Positions 10,826-20,692 are shown, counted from the stretch's first letter. The stretch: 64,000 nt of DNA from Escherichia coli (GCF_002854065.1 NZ_CP024147.1), one strand, 5' to 3'. Notes: generated by a model from the letters alone, not told the origin. Made by a program: numbers and translations.

Positions 10826-11686
10826 TTATTGGCAATCTGCGTGAATGTTTGTCACCAGTGCCTCCAGCACCACTTTCCAGTCATCAACCACGCCAACATC
10901 TGCCTGTGAAAATACCGCTGCGCTGGCGTCATGATTAATCGCCACCACAAACTTGCTATTGCGTACGCCCGCCATTAACGCTGCTGCGCCAGAAGCGCCA
11001 ACAACAATACACACCTCAGGTGCCAGCAGATGTCCGGAAATACCAATCACTTTTTCAGCATCAACGCCACCGTTCATCACTCGCGCCCGACTGTAGCCCA
11101 CTTCGGCTCCCAGCTTTTCTGCCAGCATAGCGATTTCCTGGTTATCTGCCTCTCCGCCCTGCCCCACCACCAACACCCGTCTGGCCTCAGCTAATGGGTC
11201 GCGGGTAACATTTTTCAGGTTCTCTATACTAACCAGCCAGTCCGGAAGCGCACCTGGGACTATGTTCAGTTGCTGCATACCAGAGGGCAAAGTGGCATTT
11301 TTATCTGCTCCCGCCTGGCGCGCCAGGGAAAGACATAGCGGGCGTTTTTCTGTTTGCAGCGTCGCCGTTAGCGCATTTCCCCAGTGGGATTTGCGCACGC
11401 TTACGATTGGAATCTCTAACGAAGTCACCTGGCAGATGCTTGCACCATGTAAACGCCAGGCCAGCCGAGTCGACAGTTCATCGCCAAACGTTCCCGGCGG
11501 AAAGAGAACAACGTTCGCAGGCGTTCGCTGCCACTGTTCCACCAGCGCATCCAGCACCTGTTCCACCACTACGGGCTGTGGTTCTATTTGCCAGTGCGCC
11601 AGGGTACAACCGCTGAAATCCTGCGCCGCCAGCCAGCCCGCTAATGCGGCATTCTCCTGATTTATTGTCACAATTGCGATATTCAT
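10826..11686 (-). CDS. ygcQ: Electron transfer flavoprotein alpha-subunit homologue
   Basis: ORF translation with ETF-alpha FAD-binding C-terminal region; start chosen at MNIAIV. Confidence 0.88.
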   Translation of the reverse strand: MNIAIVTINQENAALAGWLAAQDFSGCTLAHWQIEPQPVVVEQVLDALVEQWQRTPANVVLFPPGTFGDELSTRLAWRLHGASICQVTSLEIPIVSVRKSHWGNALTATLQTEKRPLCLSLARQAGADKNATLPSGMQQLNIVPGALPDWLVSIENLKNVTRDPLAEARRVLVVGQGGEADNQEIAMLAEKLGAEVGYSRARVMNGGVDAEKVIGISGHLLAPEVCIVVGASGAAALMAGVRNSKFVVAINHDASAAVFSQADVGVVDDWKVVLEALVTNIHADCQ

Positions 11687-12462
11687 GGCTGCATCCTTTG
11701 GCGTAAATAGTCCTGCCATAGCTTTTGCGCTTTTTCTGCTACCGTTTGCCCATCAATCAGCGTCGCTCCGCGTCGTTGCTCTGCTCTTGCCAGTTGCAGA
11801 CACTGCATCGCTGGCAATTCGGCAGCAACAGTTTTACGGATAATTTCCGCTTTCCCCGCAGCCATTCGCTGGCGCATTCCCGGTACTGGCAAGGCCACTT
11901 CACCGCACTGACGCACGGCAATCACCGCAGGCAAGCGAATCCGACAACAGCGCAGCCCATGTTCAGTACGCTGTTCGAGGGTGATAAACGGCGCGTCGAG
12001 AGTGAAACGCTCCACCTGGGTGAAGCATGGCCAGCCCAGCATTTCCGCCAGCAAAAATGGCGTTTGCCCATTCTGCCCTTCGCTGCTTTGGCAGCCGGTA
12101 ATTATCAGATCCAGCGGATTCTGACGCTGCCATTCGGCAATATGGCGAGCGACAAATTCCGACGCAAAGCGCAGATCTGCCGCCGTCTCCAGCAATACAG
12201 CTTCCTCAAACCCAAGAGCCATGAGATAGAGCAGCCAGTGTAACGCCCGTTCATCCCCCATGCTCAACGCGGTTAAAGACATCGGCGTACCGTTTTTTCT
12301 CTGCGCCAACAGCAGCGCGGCGGCAGCCTGTTCATCAGCACCGAGTAAACTTCGCAGTAGCGAAACATCCGGTCCGCTATTACCCTGAGCCGCCGCCTGC
12401 CACTCTTTTTCCGCCAGCATTCCGGCATCCGGTTCGGCTTTAAACGCTAACAGAATGTTCAT
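11683..12462 (-). CDS. ygcR: Electron transfer flavoprotein beta-subunit homologue
   Basis: ORF translation; 4-nt overlap with ygcQ start. Confidence 0.88.
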   Translation of the reverse strand: MNILLAFKAEPDAGMLAEKEWQAAAQGNSGPDVSLLRSLLGADEQAAAALLLAQRKNGTPMSLTALSMGDERALHWLLYLMALGFEEAVLLETAADLRFASEFVARHIAEWQRQNPLDLIITGCQSSEGQNGQTPFLLAEMLGWPCFTQVERFTLDAPFITLEQRTEHGLRCCRIRLPAVIAVRQCGEVALPVPGMRQRMAAGKAEIIRKTVAAELPAMQCLQLARAEQRRGATLIDGQTVAEKAQKLWQDYLRQRMQP

Positions 12463-13777
12463 TCGCACCTCCTACATTTCCCGCCGCCACCAGCGGGAGG
12501 GCTTTGGTTTCTGGTGCCCATAGCCAGGTCACAACAAAACCAACCAACAACACTGCCGCCAGGAGCAATAAGGTGACTTGCATTCCCCACTGCGCCAGCA
12601 CCCACGGCAGCAGGCCAGTACTTACCGCCGCCCCCAACCGACTCATGGCGGTGGCAAAACCGACACCCAGCGAGCGAATGTCAGTAGGAAAACTTTCCGC
12701 AGGCAAAATGCCCACCAGATTACTGACTGCCGAAATGGTGGTGCTGAAGAGAACAAAAAGCAGTAGCGTTAATGAACTGCCGGAAGGCAAACAGGCCATC
12801 ACTACCAGCGTTGCCGCCAGCAGCAAAAAACTTCCCAGCAAAAACTTGCGATGTGCCAGCAGGTGCGTCAGAACTAATCCCAGCAGCGCGCCCACAATTA
12901 ACAACGCATTAAGCATCAGGCTGGCAGTCAGCGCATCTTCCAGTCCAATAGTCTGGGCGATAGTTGGCAGCCAGGTATAAATCACAAACCATGGGATTAC
13001 GAGGCAGACAAAGAAGACGCTGTTAAACGCCGTGCGCCGCCAGTAGCGCAAAGAGAACAAGGTTTTGATGTGTTTATGGGTCGCCGTTGCCACTTCATCG
13101 CCCAGTAAAACATGGGGACCAAAATAGCGATGCACGATAGCGTGAGCTTCTGCAAAACGCCCCTGGCGCAGTAGCCAGCGTGGCGATTCTGGCGTTCCCC
13201 AGCGTAATAACGTAATCAACAACGCGGGCAGAGCTGCCGATGCCAGCAGCCAGCGCCAGGCCTCCGGGTTTTCGGAAATAAAGTGATGTCCGGCAATACT
13301 TGCCAACACATAGCCTACGGTCCACACCACGCTGAATGCGCCCAGCAAAATACCGCGATGGCGGCGCGGGGAAAATTCAGCCAGCAAGGTGTGACCTACT
13401 GAGTAATCGCCTCCCAGACCAATGCCGATCAAAATGCGCAGCCCAATAAGATGCTCTGGCGTGGTGGCAAAAAATTGCAAGAACGAAGCGAGCGTAATCA
13501 GCAAAAAGCTGAAGGTGAAGATTTTTTGCCGACCAATATGGTCGGAGATCCACCCAAGAACCAGGCTGCCAAGAAACAAACCAAGGAGCGCCGAGCCGCC
13601 GATCATTCCCGCCATAAACGGCGTCAGTTGCATGGCGGGCGTAAGTTGAATAATGGCGTAACCAATGACGCCGAGAACATAACCGTCGGTCAGGTGTGCG
13701 CCGAAAGTGAGCGCAGCAATTCGACAGTGAAAACGGTTAAGCGGTAAATCATCCATTCGCACCGGTGAAGTGTTCAT
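12440..13777 (-). CDS. ygcS: MFS-family transporter (sugar-porter-like)
   Basis: Multi-TM ORF; start chosen at MNTSPVRMDD; overlaps ygcR start. Confidence 0.85.
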   Translation of the reverse strand: MNTSPVRMDDLPLNRFHCRIAALTFGAHLTDGYVLGVIGYAIIQLTPAMQLTPFMAGMIGGSALLGLFLGSLVLGWISDHIGRQKIFTFSFLLITLASFLQFFATTPEHLIGLRILIGIGLGGDYSVGHTLLAEFSPRRHRGILLGAFSVVWTVGYVLASIAGHHFISENPEAWRWLLASAALPALLITLLRWGTPESPRWLLRQGRFAEAHAIVHRYFGPHVLLGDEVATATHKHIKTLFSLRYWRRTAFNSVFFVCLVIPWFVIYTWLPTIAQTIGLEDALTASLMLNALLIVGALLGLVLTHLLAHRKFLLGSFLLLAATLVVMACLPSGSSLTLLLFVLFSTTISAVSNLVGILPAESFPTDIRSLGVGFATAMSRLGAAVSTGLLPWVLAQWGMQVTLLLLAAVLLVGFVVTWLWAPETKALPLVAAGNVGGANEHSVSV

Positions 13778-13870
13778 CTTTACCCCTTCATTGTCCGGTA
13801 ATAAGAACGGCTTCTCGCCTGAGAAGCCGAAAAGGCAACGCCCCATCATCGCAGAACGCTGCCTGACACA

Positions 13871-15325
13871 TTATTTTTCAATCGGATAGATAGTACCCGT
13901 ATTCATAATGCCGTTAGGATCGAACTGCTTTTTCAGCCCTTCCAGCAACGCCCACGCGCTGCCGTGTTCCAGCTTGCTCCAGTGAACGCGATGTTTACCG
14001 ATACCGTGGTGGTGCACCATCGAACCACCGAGGCGAATGGTTTCTTCGCAAATGATTTTGTTGAGCGGATTGTGGTACTTGTCGATTTCCTCTTCCGGCT
14101 TACAGTTGACAACGTTGTAGTCGTAGACGAAGTACATGTTGGTGCCGTTCTGATAGCTATGAGAGGAGTGACCGCCCAGCATAGTGATGTCGTCGGCGTG
14201 CGGGAACTCGGTACGAATACGGTTAATAACGCTTTCGTAGATTTCGTGGATGCAGCTCCAGCAGCCGGACACTTCGGTAGTAAAGCCCATGTTGCCGGTT
14301 TTGAGGATCTGCACACGTTCGGCAGCCACTTTATCCGGTCCCCAGTTCAGGTTGTTAAACCAGGTTTCGATCAGCTTGCTGTCCACGCGTTGGCATTGCG
14401 GGTAGCGGGCAACGATTTCCGCAATCCCTTCGCCCGTCGCCTTCGCAATGCGAGGGTTACCTTCAGCCATAAAGATCAGCACGCATTTTCCGTCGGCAAA
14501 ATGGGTGAAGTGTTGGGTGCCATCTTCAGCGTCATACAAACGAGCGATCGACGGACGATACCCTTCCACCATGATTTCACGCAGGATGTTGAAGCCGGTT
14601 TTCATGTCTTCCAGGATATAGCCGTAGAAGAGGTTGTTTTCCGGGGTGAATTTAAAGATTTTCACTGTTACTTCAGTGATATAGCACAATGCACCTTCGT
14701 TGCCGATGATGATGTGACGAATGTCCGGGCCAGCCGCGCGGCGTGGCACGTTTTTAATGCGTGTGACGGTGCCATCAGCCAATACTGCTTCCAGACCAAC
14801 GACCATATCTTCGATTGCGCCGTAGAGTGTGGAGAACTGCCCGATACTGCGGGTTGCTACCAGGCCGCCCATCTGCGCCAGCGGCTTTGACTGCGGAGAA
14901 TGCCCCGTGGTGTAACCTTTTTCACGCAACGCGTTTTCCAGCACTTCCAGGGGAACGCCACATTGCGCCGTCGCCTGCATATTCTCAATATCAATATTAA
15001 TGATTTGATTCATGGCGGAGCCGTCGAGCACCACCGAGTTTTCTACAACAGTTTCCAGCCCACCTTCGGTGGCGGAAGCACCGGTACGCGGCACACCGTT
15101 AATTTTGTGCGCATTCATAAAATTCAGCACACGGGATATTTGCTCTGTGGAACCGAGTTTTACGACCGCTGCCGGAATCGGCAAAGTATAAATGCCATGA
15201 ATATCCGGAAATTTACGAAAACGGTCAATACTGTTCTTCTTTAATACTGTTTCATCGGTAATTACGCGATCTGCACCAACAATTTCCTTTAGCTGGTCGA
15301 CAATCGCTGCGCGAGATAAAGACAT
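13871..15325 (-). CDS. ygcU: FAD-linked oxidase (GlcD / alkyl-DHAP-synthase-like), 484 aa
   Basis: ORF translation with PCMH-type FAD-binding domain features. Confidence 0.9.
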   Translation of the reverse strand: MSLSRAAIVDQLKEIVGADRVITDETVLKKNSIDRFRKFPDIHGIYTLPIPAAVVKLGSTEQISRVLNFMNAHKINGVPRTGASATEGGLETVVENSVVLDGSAMNQIINIDIENMQATAQCGVPLEVLENALREKGYTTGHSPQSKPLAQMGGLVATRSIGQFSTLYGAIEDMVVGLEAVLADGTVTRIKNVPRRAAGPDIRHIIIGNEGALCYITEVTVKIFKFTPENNLFYGYILEDMKTGFNILREIMVEGYRPSIARLYDAEDGTQHFTHFADGKCVLIFMAEGNPRIAKATGEGIAEIVARYPQCQRVDSKLIETWFNNLNWGPDKVAAERVQILKTGNMGFTTEVSGCWSCIHEIYESVINRIRTEFPHADDITMLGGHSSHSYQNGTNMYFVYDYNVVNCKPEEEIDKYHNPLNKIICEETIRLGGSMVHHHGIGKHRVHWSKLEHGSAWALLEGLKKQFDPNGIMNTGTIYPIEK

Positions 15326-15394
15326 AGTAATTCCTTCCTGATAATAAAAATGGAATAATCATTAATAAGAGAAAACAGAAACCACCGTTATGGG

Positions 15395-16180
15395 TTAGCG
15401 CACTAAATAACCGCCATCAACTACTAATAAATGCCCGTTGACATAATTCGATGCCGGACTTGCGAGGAATACGGCTGCGCCCATTAAATCCTGAGTATCG
15501 CCCCAACGGTTTGCCGGAATATGATCAAGAACGCGCTGATTGGTTTCTGGATTACTACGTGTCGCCAGCGTAATATCTGTTGCATAATAGCCAGGGGCGA
15601 TACCATTTACCTGAATATTATATTGACCTAGTTCATCACAATAAGCTTTGGTGAACCCGGCAAGAGCATGTTTAGTGGCAGAATATGCAGGTGACCATTG
15701 TCCACCTAAGTAAGAGAATAATGAACAGATATTAATTATTTTACCGCTTTTCTGCGGGATCATAATTTTTGCCGCTTCATAGCTTAACTCGAATGCGGCG
15801 GTCAGGTTCACATCAATCATCGGGTCCCAGTCGGCACGACCGAAGTCCAGCACCTTATTCAGCTTACAAATACCGGCATTGTTAACCAGAATATCGACGG
15901 TACCGAAACGTTCGCAACAGGCGGCGATTATCTTCTGCGGCGCGCCTTCTGCGGTGATATCCACCTGCATGAAGTCCACCTCAACACCCTGTTTTTCAAT
16001 CATTTCCTTTGTTTCGCCGTTATCTTTGACGAAGCTAGGAATAAAGACATTTGCGCCTGCTTTGGCCAACGCCATGGCAAATGCCTGGCCTAAACCGCTA
16101 TTCCCGCCGGTAACAATTGCGGTTTTACCTTTCAGGGAGAAAAAATCCATTGAGAACGCATTGAGAGATTCGATTGACAT
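15395..16180 (-). CDS. ygcW: Short-chain dehydrogenase/reductase, 261 aa
   Basis: TGGNSGLGQAFA Rossmann motif; start at MSIESL with GGAG Shine-Dalgarno. Confidence 0.88.
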   Translation of the reverse strand: MSIESLNAFSMDFFSLKGKTAIVTGGNSGLGQAFAMALAKAGANVFIPSFVKDNGETKEMIEKQGVEVDFMQVDITAEGAPQKIIAACCERFGTVDILVNNAGICKLNKVLDFGRADWDPMIDVNLTAAFELSYEAAKIMIPQKSGKIINICSLFSYLGGQWSPAYSATKHALAGFTKAYCDELGQYNIQVNGIAPGYYATDITLATRSNPETNQRVLDHIPANRWGDTQDLMGAAVFLASPASNYVNGHLLVVDGGYLVR

Positions 16181-16204
16181 AGTTAGCTCCAATTTCCGTA
16201 AGGC

Positions 16205-16252
16205 AAAAAAAAAAGAAAGGTAACTTCCCCCGCGAGAGGGAAGTTACCTTTC
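16205..16252 (-). terminator. Intrinsic-terminator-like hairpin in the ygcW leader
   Basis: Perfect 15-bp stem GAAAGGTAACTTCCC / GGGAAGTTACCTTTC, 8-nt loop, then U10 on minus-strand RNA, ending 24 nt before the ygcW ATG. Confidence 0.55.
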
Positions 16253-16427
16253 TCATTATCTCTGGTAACTGGAGATAATTTTTAGCATAAGGGCATAACT
16301 GCTAATGTGATCGTAATCACAGTGTGATATTCGCATTATCAAATAGTTTTAAAAAGCAGAAGCGTGATTACTCTCACACAACACCTCTGCTTTCCATGTT
16401 ATTTCTTATTGCAATTACTAGAGACCT

Positions 16428-16476
16428 GAGAAAAGTAATCCACCTGAAAGGGCGGCTTACTTTTCTCTTTTTTTTG
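16428..16476 (+). terminator. Terminator-like hairpin in the yqcE leader
   Basis: 11-bp stem GAGAAAAGTAA / TTACTTTTCTC followed by T8-9, ending 24 nt before the yqcE ATG. Confidence 0.4.
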
Positions 16477-16499
16477 TCTATTACAAATGGGAATACGAT

Positions 16500-17777
16500 A
16501 TGCAACACAACTCATATCGCCGTTGGATAACCCTCGCGATAATTAGTTTTAGCGGCGGCGTTAGTTTCGACCTGGCTTATTTACGTTATATTTATCAAAT
16601 TCCCATGGCGAAATTTATGGGATTCAGCAATACCGAGATAGGCTTAATAATGAGTACCTTTGGTATTGCTGCTATTATTCTTTATGCCCCCAGCGGCGTT
16701 ATTGCCGATAAATTTTCACACCGCAAAATGATTACTTCCGCGATGATCATTACCGGATTACTGGGTCTGTTAATGGCAACGTATCCACCGCTGTGGGTAA
16801 TGCTCTGTATTCAGGTCGCCTTTGCGATAACAACGATTTTAATGCTGTGGTCGGTGTCGATTAAAGCCGCATCGTTGCTTGGCGATCATAGCGAGCAAGG
16901 GAAAATTATGGGCTGGATGGAAGGGCTGCGCGGCGTCGGTGTAATGTCGCTGGCGGTGTTTACCATGTGGGTCTTTTCTCGCTTTGCACCGGATGACAGC
17001 GCCAGCCTGAAAACGGTCATTATCATCTACAGTGTGGTTTACATCTTGTTGGGGCTTCTGTGCTGGTTTTTTGTTAGCGATAACAACAACCTGCGCAGTG
17101 CCAATAACGAAGAAAAACAGTCATTCCAGCTTAGCGATATCCTGGCCGTTTTGCGTATCAGTACCACCTGGTATTGCAGCATGGTGATTTTTGGTGTCTT
17201 CACCATCTACGCCATTCTGAGTTACTCCACCAACTATCTGACCGAAATGTACGGCATGTCGCTGGTGGCGGCGAGCTACATGGGGATTGTGATCAACAAA
17301 ATCTTCCGCGCGCTGTGCGGCCCACTTGGCGGCATAATCACCACCTACAGCAAAGTGAAATCCCCTACCCGCGTGATCCAAATCCTTTCCGTACTCGGCC
17401 TGCTGGCGTTAACTGCCCTGCTCGTCACGAACTCTAACCCGCAATCGGTCGCGATGGGGATTGGCCTGATTTTACTGCTGGGATTCACCTGTTACGCCTC
17501 ACGCGGGCTGTACTGGGCCTGCCCTGGCGAAGCGAGAACACCGTCTTACATTATGGGCACCACGGTAGGTATTTGCTCGGTGATTGGATTCCTGCCGGAT
17601 GTCTTCGTTTACCCAATTATCGGCCACTGGCAAGACACCCTGCCCGCAGCAGAAGCCTACCGCAATATGTGGCTGATGGGCATGGCGGCGCTTGCCATGG
17701 TGATTGTCTTTACCTTTTTGCTGTTCCAAAAAATTCGTACTGCTGATAGCGCCCCCGCAATGGCTAGCAGCAAGTAA
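16500..17777 (+). CDS. yqcE: MFS-family transporter, 425 aa
   Basis: ORF translation, multi-TM. Confidence 0.9.
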   Translation: MQHNSYRRWITLAIISFSGGVSFDLAYLRYIYQIPMAKFMGFSNTEIGLIMSTFGIAAIILYAPSGVIADKFSHRKMITSAMIITGLLGLLMATYPPLWVMLCIQVAFAITTILMLWSVSIKAASLLGDHSEQGKIMGWMEGLRGVGVMSLAVFTMWVFSRFAPDDSASLKTVIIIYSVVYILLGLLCWFFVSDNNNLRSANNEEKQSFQLSDILAVLRISTTWYCSMVIFGVFTIYAILSYSTNYLTEMYGMSLVAASYMGIVINKIFRALCGPLGGIITTYSKVKSPTRVIQILSVLGLLALTALLVTNSNPQSVAMGIGLILLLGFTCYASRGLYWACPGEARTPSYIMGTTVGICSVIGFLPDVFVYPIIGHWQDTLPAAEAYRNMWLMGMAALAMVIVFTFLLFQKIRTADSAPAMASSK

Positions 17778-17803
17778 GCCAGGAAAATTACAGGAGAAAA
17801 ATC

Positions 17804-19282
17804 ATGTCGAAGAAATACATCATAGGGATTGATGGCGGAAGTCAGAGCACAAAAGTGGTGATGTACGATCTGGAAGGTAACGTGGTTTGCGAAGGCAAAG
17901 GTTTATTGCAGCCGATGCACACGCCAGATGCCGATACCGCAGAACATCCTGACGACGATTTATGGGCATCATTATGTTTTGCCGGTCACGATTTGATGAG
18001 TCAGTTTGCCGGGAATAAAGAAGATATTGTCGGTATTGGTCTGGGATCCATCCGTTGCTGCCGTGCGTTATTGAAAGCCGATGGCACGCCTGCTGCGCCG
18101 TTGATTAGCTGGCAGGATGCACGCGTAACGCGTCCCTACGAACACACTAATCCTGACGTGGCCTATGTCACCTCTTTTTCGGGTTATCTGACGCATCGCT
18201 TAACCGGCGAGTTTAAAGACAATATCGCCAACTATTTTGGTCAGTGGCCGGTGGATTATAAGACCTGGGCATGGAGTGAAGATGCTGCGGTAATGGATAA
18301 GTTTAATATCCCCCGTCATATGCTGTTTGATGTGCAAATGCCTGGCACCGTCCTCGGACATATCACACCACAAGCCGCACTGGCGACACATTTCCCGGCA
18401 GGACTGCCGGTTGTTTGTACCACCAGTGATAAACCGGTAGAAGCTCTGGGGGCCGGATTACTGGATGATGAAACGGCGGTAATTTCTCTTGGCACCTACA
18501 TCGCGCTGATGATGAACGGCAAAGCACTGCCGAAAGATCCGGTGGCGTACTGGCCGATTATGTCTTCTATTCCGCAAACATTGCTGTATGAAGGTTACGG
18601 TATCCGTAAAGGCATGTGGACGGTGAGCTGGCTGCGCGACATGCTAGGCGAGTCGTTAATTCAGGATGCCAGGGCGCAGGATCTTTCACCGGAAGATTTA
18701 CTCAACAAAAAAGCTTCTTGTGTGCCGCCAGACTGTAATGGTCTGATGACGGTGCTGGACTGGCTGACCAATCCGTGGGAACCGTACAAACGCGGGATTA
18801 TGATCGGCTTTGATTCCAGCATGGATTACGCATGGATATATCGTTCGATACTGGAAAGCGTGGCGCTGACGCTGAAGAACAATTACGACAATATGTGTAA
18901 TGAAATGAATCACTTTGCGAAGCATGTGATCATTACTGGCGGCGGTTCGAACAGCGATCTGTTTATGCAGATTTTTGCCGACGTGTTCAACCTTCCGGCA
19001 CGACGTAACGCCATTAACGGTTGTGCAAGTCTGGGGGCAGCGATTAATACCGCGGTAGGTCTGGGGCTATACCCGGATTACGCAACGGCTGTCGATAAAA
19101 TGGTTCGCGTGAAAGATATCTTTATACCGATTGAGAGCAATGCCAAACGCTACGACGCGATGAATAAAGGCATTTTCAAAGACCTAACCAAACATACTGA
19201 TGTGATTCTGAAAAAATCGTATGAAGTGATGCATGGGGAATTGGGAAATGCGGATTCGATCCAGAGCTGGTCGAATGCGTAA
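17804..19282 (+). CDS. ygcE: FGGY-family carbohydrate kinase, 492 aa
   Basis: ORF translation; N-terminal IGIDGGSQSTK sugar-kinase motif. Confidence 0.9.
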   Translation: MSKKYIIGIDGGSQSTKVVMYDLEGNVVCEGKGLLQPMHTPDADTAEHPDDDLWASLCFAGHDLMSQFAGNKEDIVGIGLGSIRCCRALLKADGTPAAPLISWQDARVTRPYEHTNPDVAYVTSFSGYLTHRLTGEFKDNIANYFGQWPVDYKTWAWSEDAAVMDKFNIPRHMLFDVQMPGTVLGHITPQAALATHFPAGLPVVCTTSDKPVEALGAGLLDDETAVISLGTYIALMMNGKALPKDPVAYWPIMSSIPQTLLYEGYGIRKGMWTVSWLRDMLGESLIQDARAQDLSPEDLLNKKASCVPPDCNGLMTVLDWLTNPWEPYKRGIMIGFDSSMDYAWIYRSILESVALTLKNNYDNMCNEMNHFAKHVIITGGGSNSDLFMQIFADVFNLPARRNAINGCASLGAAINTAVGLGLYPDYATAVDKMVRVKDIFIPIESNAKRYDAMNKGIFKDLTKHTDVILKKSYEVMHGELGNADSIQSWSNA

Positions 19283-19328
19283 GTGAGGAAGGCCGGGCGG
19301 GAAACAGCACGGCCTGAACATACCTGAA

Positions 19329-19357
19329 TGGTTATCCCCGCTGACGCGGGGAACTCT
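19329..19357 (-). CRISPR. Solitary degenerate type I-E CRISPR repeat; AT-rich leader-like sequence follows at about 19358-19500
   Basis: rc of TGGTTATCCCCGCTGACGCGGGGAACTC is GAGTTCCCCGCGTCAGCGGGGATAACCA, versus I-E consensus GAGTTCCCCGCGCCAGCGGGGATAAACCG: 2 mismatches and 1 deletion; no second repeat found. Confidence 0.6.
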
Positions 19358-19694
19358 CTAAACATAACCTATTATTAATTAATGATTTTTTAAGCCAGTC
19401 ACAATCTACCAACTTTACAGTATCACACAAACAACACATCCATCATGTTAAAGAGCACTTAACCCATTGATTAAAAAGGTAAATATTTAAAATAACTCTA
19501 TACAAACTAAAATCTACCAAACTTTACCGCAATAATTTTCACTCCAGCGAAAAATTAACGCCACAGAATTTGTAGAGAATGATAATGATTAGTTCAGGAT
19601 GGGCAAAATGGAGGTTTTTCAGAGACGACAAAGAATATAAATGAGTAGAAGTCTTTACAGGTTCCACCCATTTATAACGCTTATAAATGTTTAA

Positions 19695-20366
19695 TCAGGC
19701 AATATTTAAATATTTATGGGTTTGCATCGACAAACGCCAATTACGCGCAATGCAGGTTTCAATGCACAAACGTGTGGCATCATCCTTTTGGCTAATCGGC
19801 TGCAGTGCAATGACTCGCGGTTTATCATCGGTCAGCGTCGCCAAAAGTTCATCCAGTGCTTCAATATCACGTACGCGTCCCACTGGATGCTTGATTTCGT
19901 TGGCTCGCTCCAGTGCCTGTGACAACACTTCATAGCCGCCGCGCATGTTCAGCTTTGGCGATACGGTAACCCAGGTATTCGGTGTACAGCGTACTTCATG
20001 AGTACCACTGGTTTCGATCTGGCAGCTAAAACCGTTCTTTTCGAGCAGGTCAGTCAGTGGTAGCAAATCATGAATGCAAGGCTCACCACCCGTAATCACC
20101 ACATGCCGCGCGGTGTATCCCTGGCGACCAATGACAGCCAGCAAGTCTTCACTGCTCGCCGCCCCCCACTTATCACTCTCTTTGGTCTTCGCCAGAATGC
20201 TGAAAAGGGAGACTTCCCGATCCTCAAGCTTTTCCCAGGTGTGTTTGGTGTCGCACCAGGCACAGCCAACCGGGCATCCCTGTAAACGAATAAAAATGGC
20301 GGGGACGCCGGTAAAGTAACCCTCACCTTGCAGGGTCTGGAACATCTCGTTAATCGGGTACTGCAT
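19695..20366 (-). CDS. queE: 7-carboxy-7-deazaguanine synthase QueE (radical SAM), 223 aa
   Basis: ORF translation; CPVGCAWCDT radical-SAM-like cysteine motif. Confidence 0.93.
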   Translation of the reverse strand: MQYPINEMFQTLQGEGYFTGVPAIFIRLQGCPVGCAWCDTKHTWEKLEDREVSLFSILAKTKESDKWGAASSEDLLAVIGRQGYTARHVVITGGEPCIHDLLPLTDLLEKNGFSCQIETSGTHEVRCTPNTWVTVSPKLNMRGGYEVLSQALERANEIKHPVGRVRDIEALDELLATLTDDKPRVIALQPISQKDDATRLCIETCIARNWRLSMQTHKYLNIA

Positions 20367-20520
20367 AGCATTCTCTGTGAAGTGGATAATTGTTAATTAT
20401 TGCAGATCCTGCCGCAACAATCATGTCTTATTAACATTCTGTTACAGGCAGGTTTAAGGCAAAAAGTGCATTAGATCATAAAGAATAAAATGAAGCGGCG
20501 TATTATGTTTTAAGGAATTA

Positions 20521-20692
20521 ATGAAAAAGGATTTAAACATGCTCAGGATATTCATCGTAATTATATTTATTTTCAATTTATCAGGCTGTGGATATAACGA
20601 TATTCAAACCTATGATGAGCAGGTTAACGCCTCCTGGTCTGAGGTATTAAATCAATATCAACGTCGCGCCGATCTTATTCCTAATCTTGTCG
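20521..20692 (+). pseudogene. lemA: LemA-family lipoprotein gene truncated after about 57 codons by IS1
   Basis: MKKDLNMLRIFIVIIFIFNLSGCGYNDIQTYDEQVNASWSEVLNQYQRRADLIPNLV then IS1 end; lipobox LSGC. Confidence 0.7.

Noticed and set aside
13964-14890. 308-aa plus-strand ORF
   Set aside because: Antisense to ygcU; spurious.
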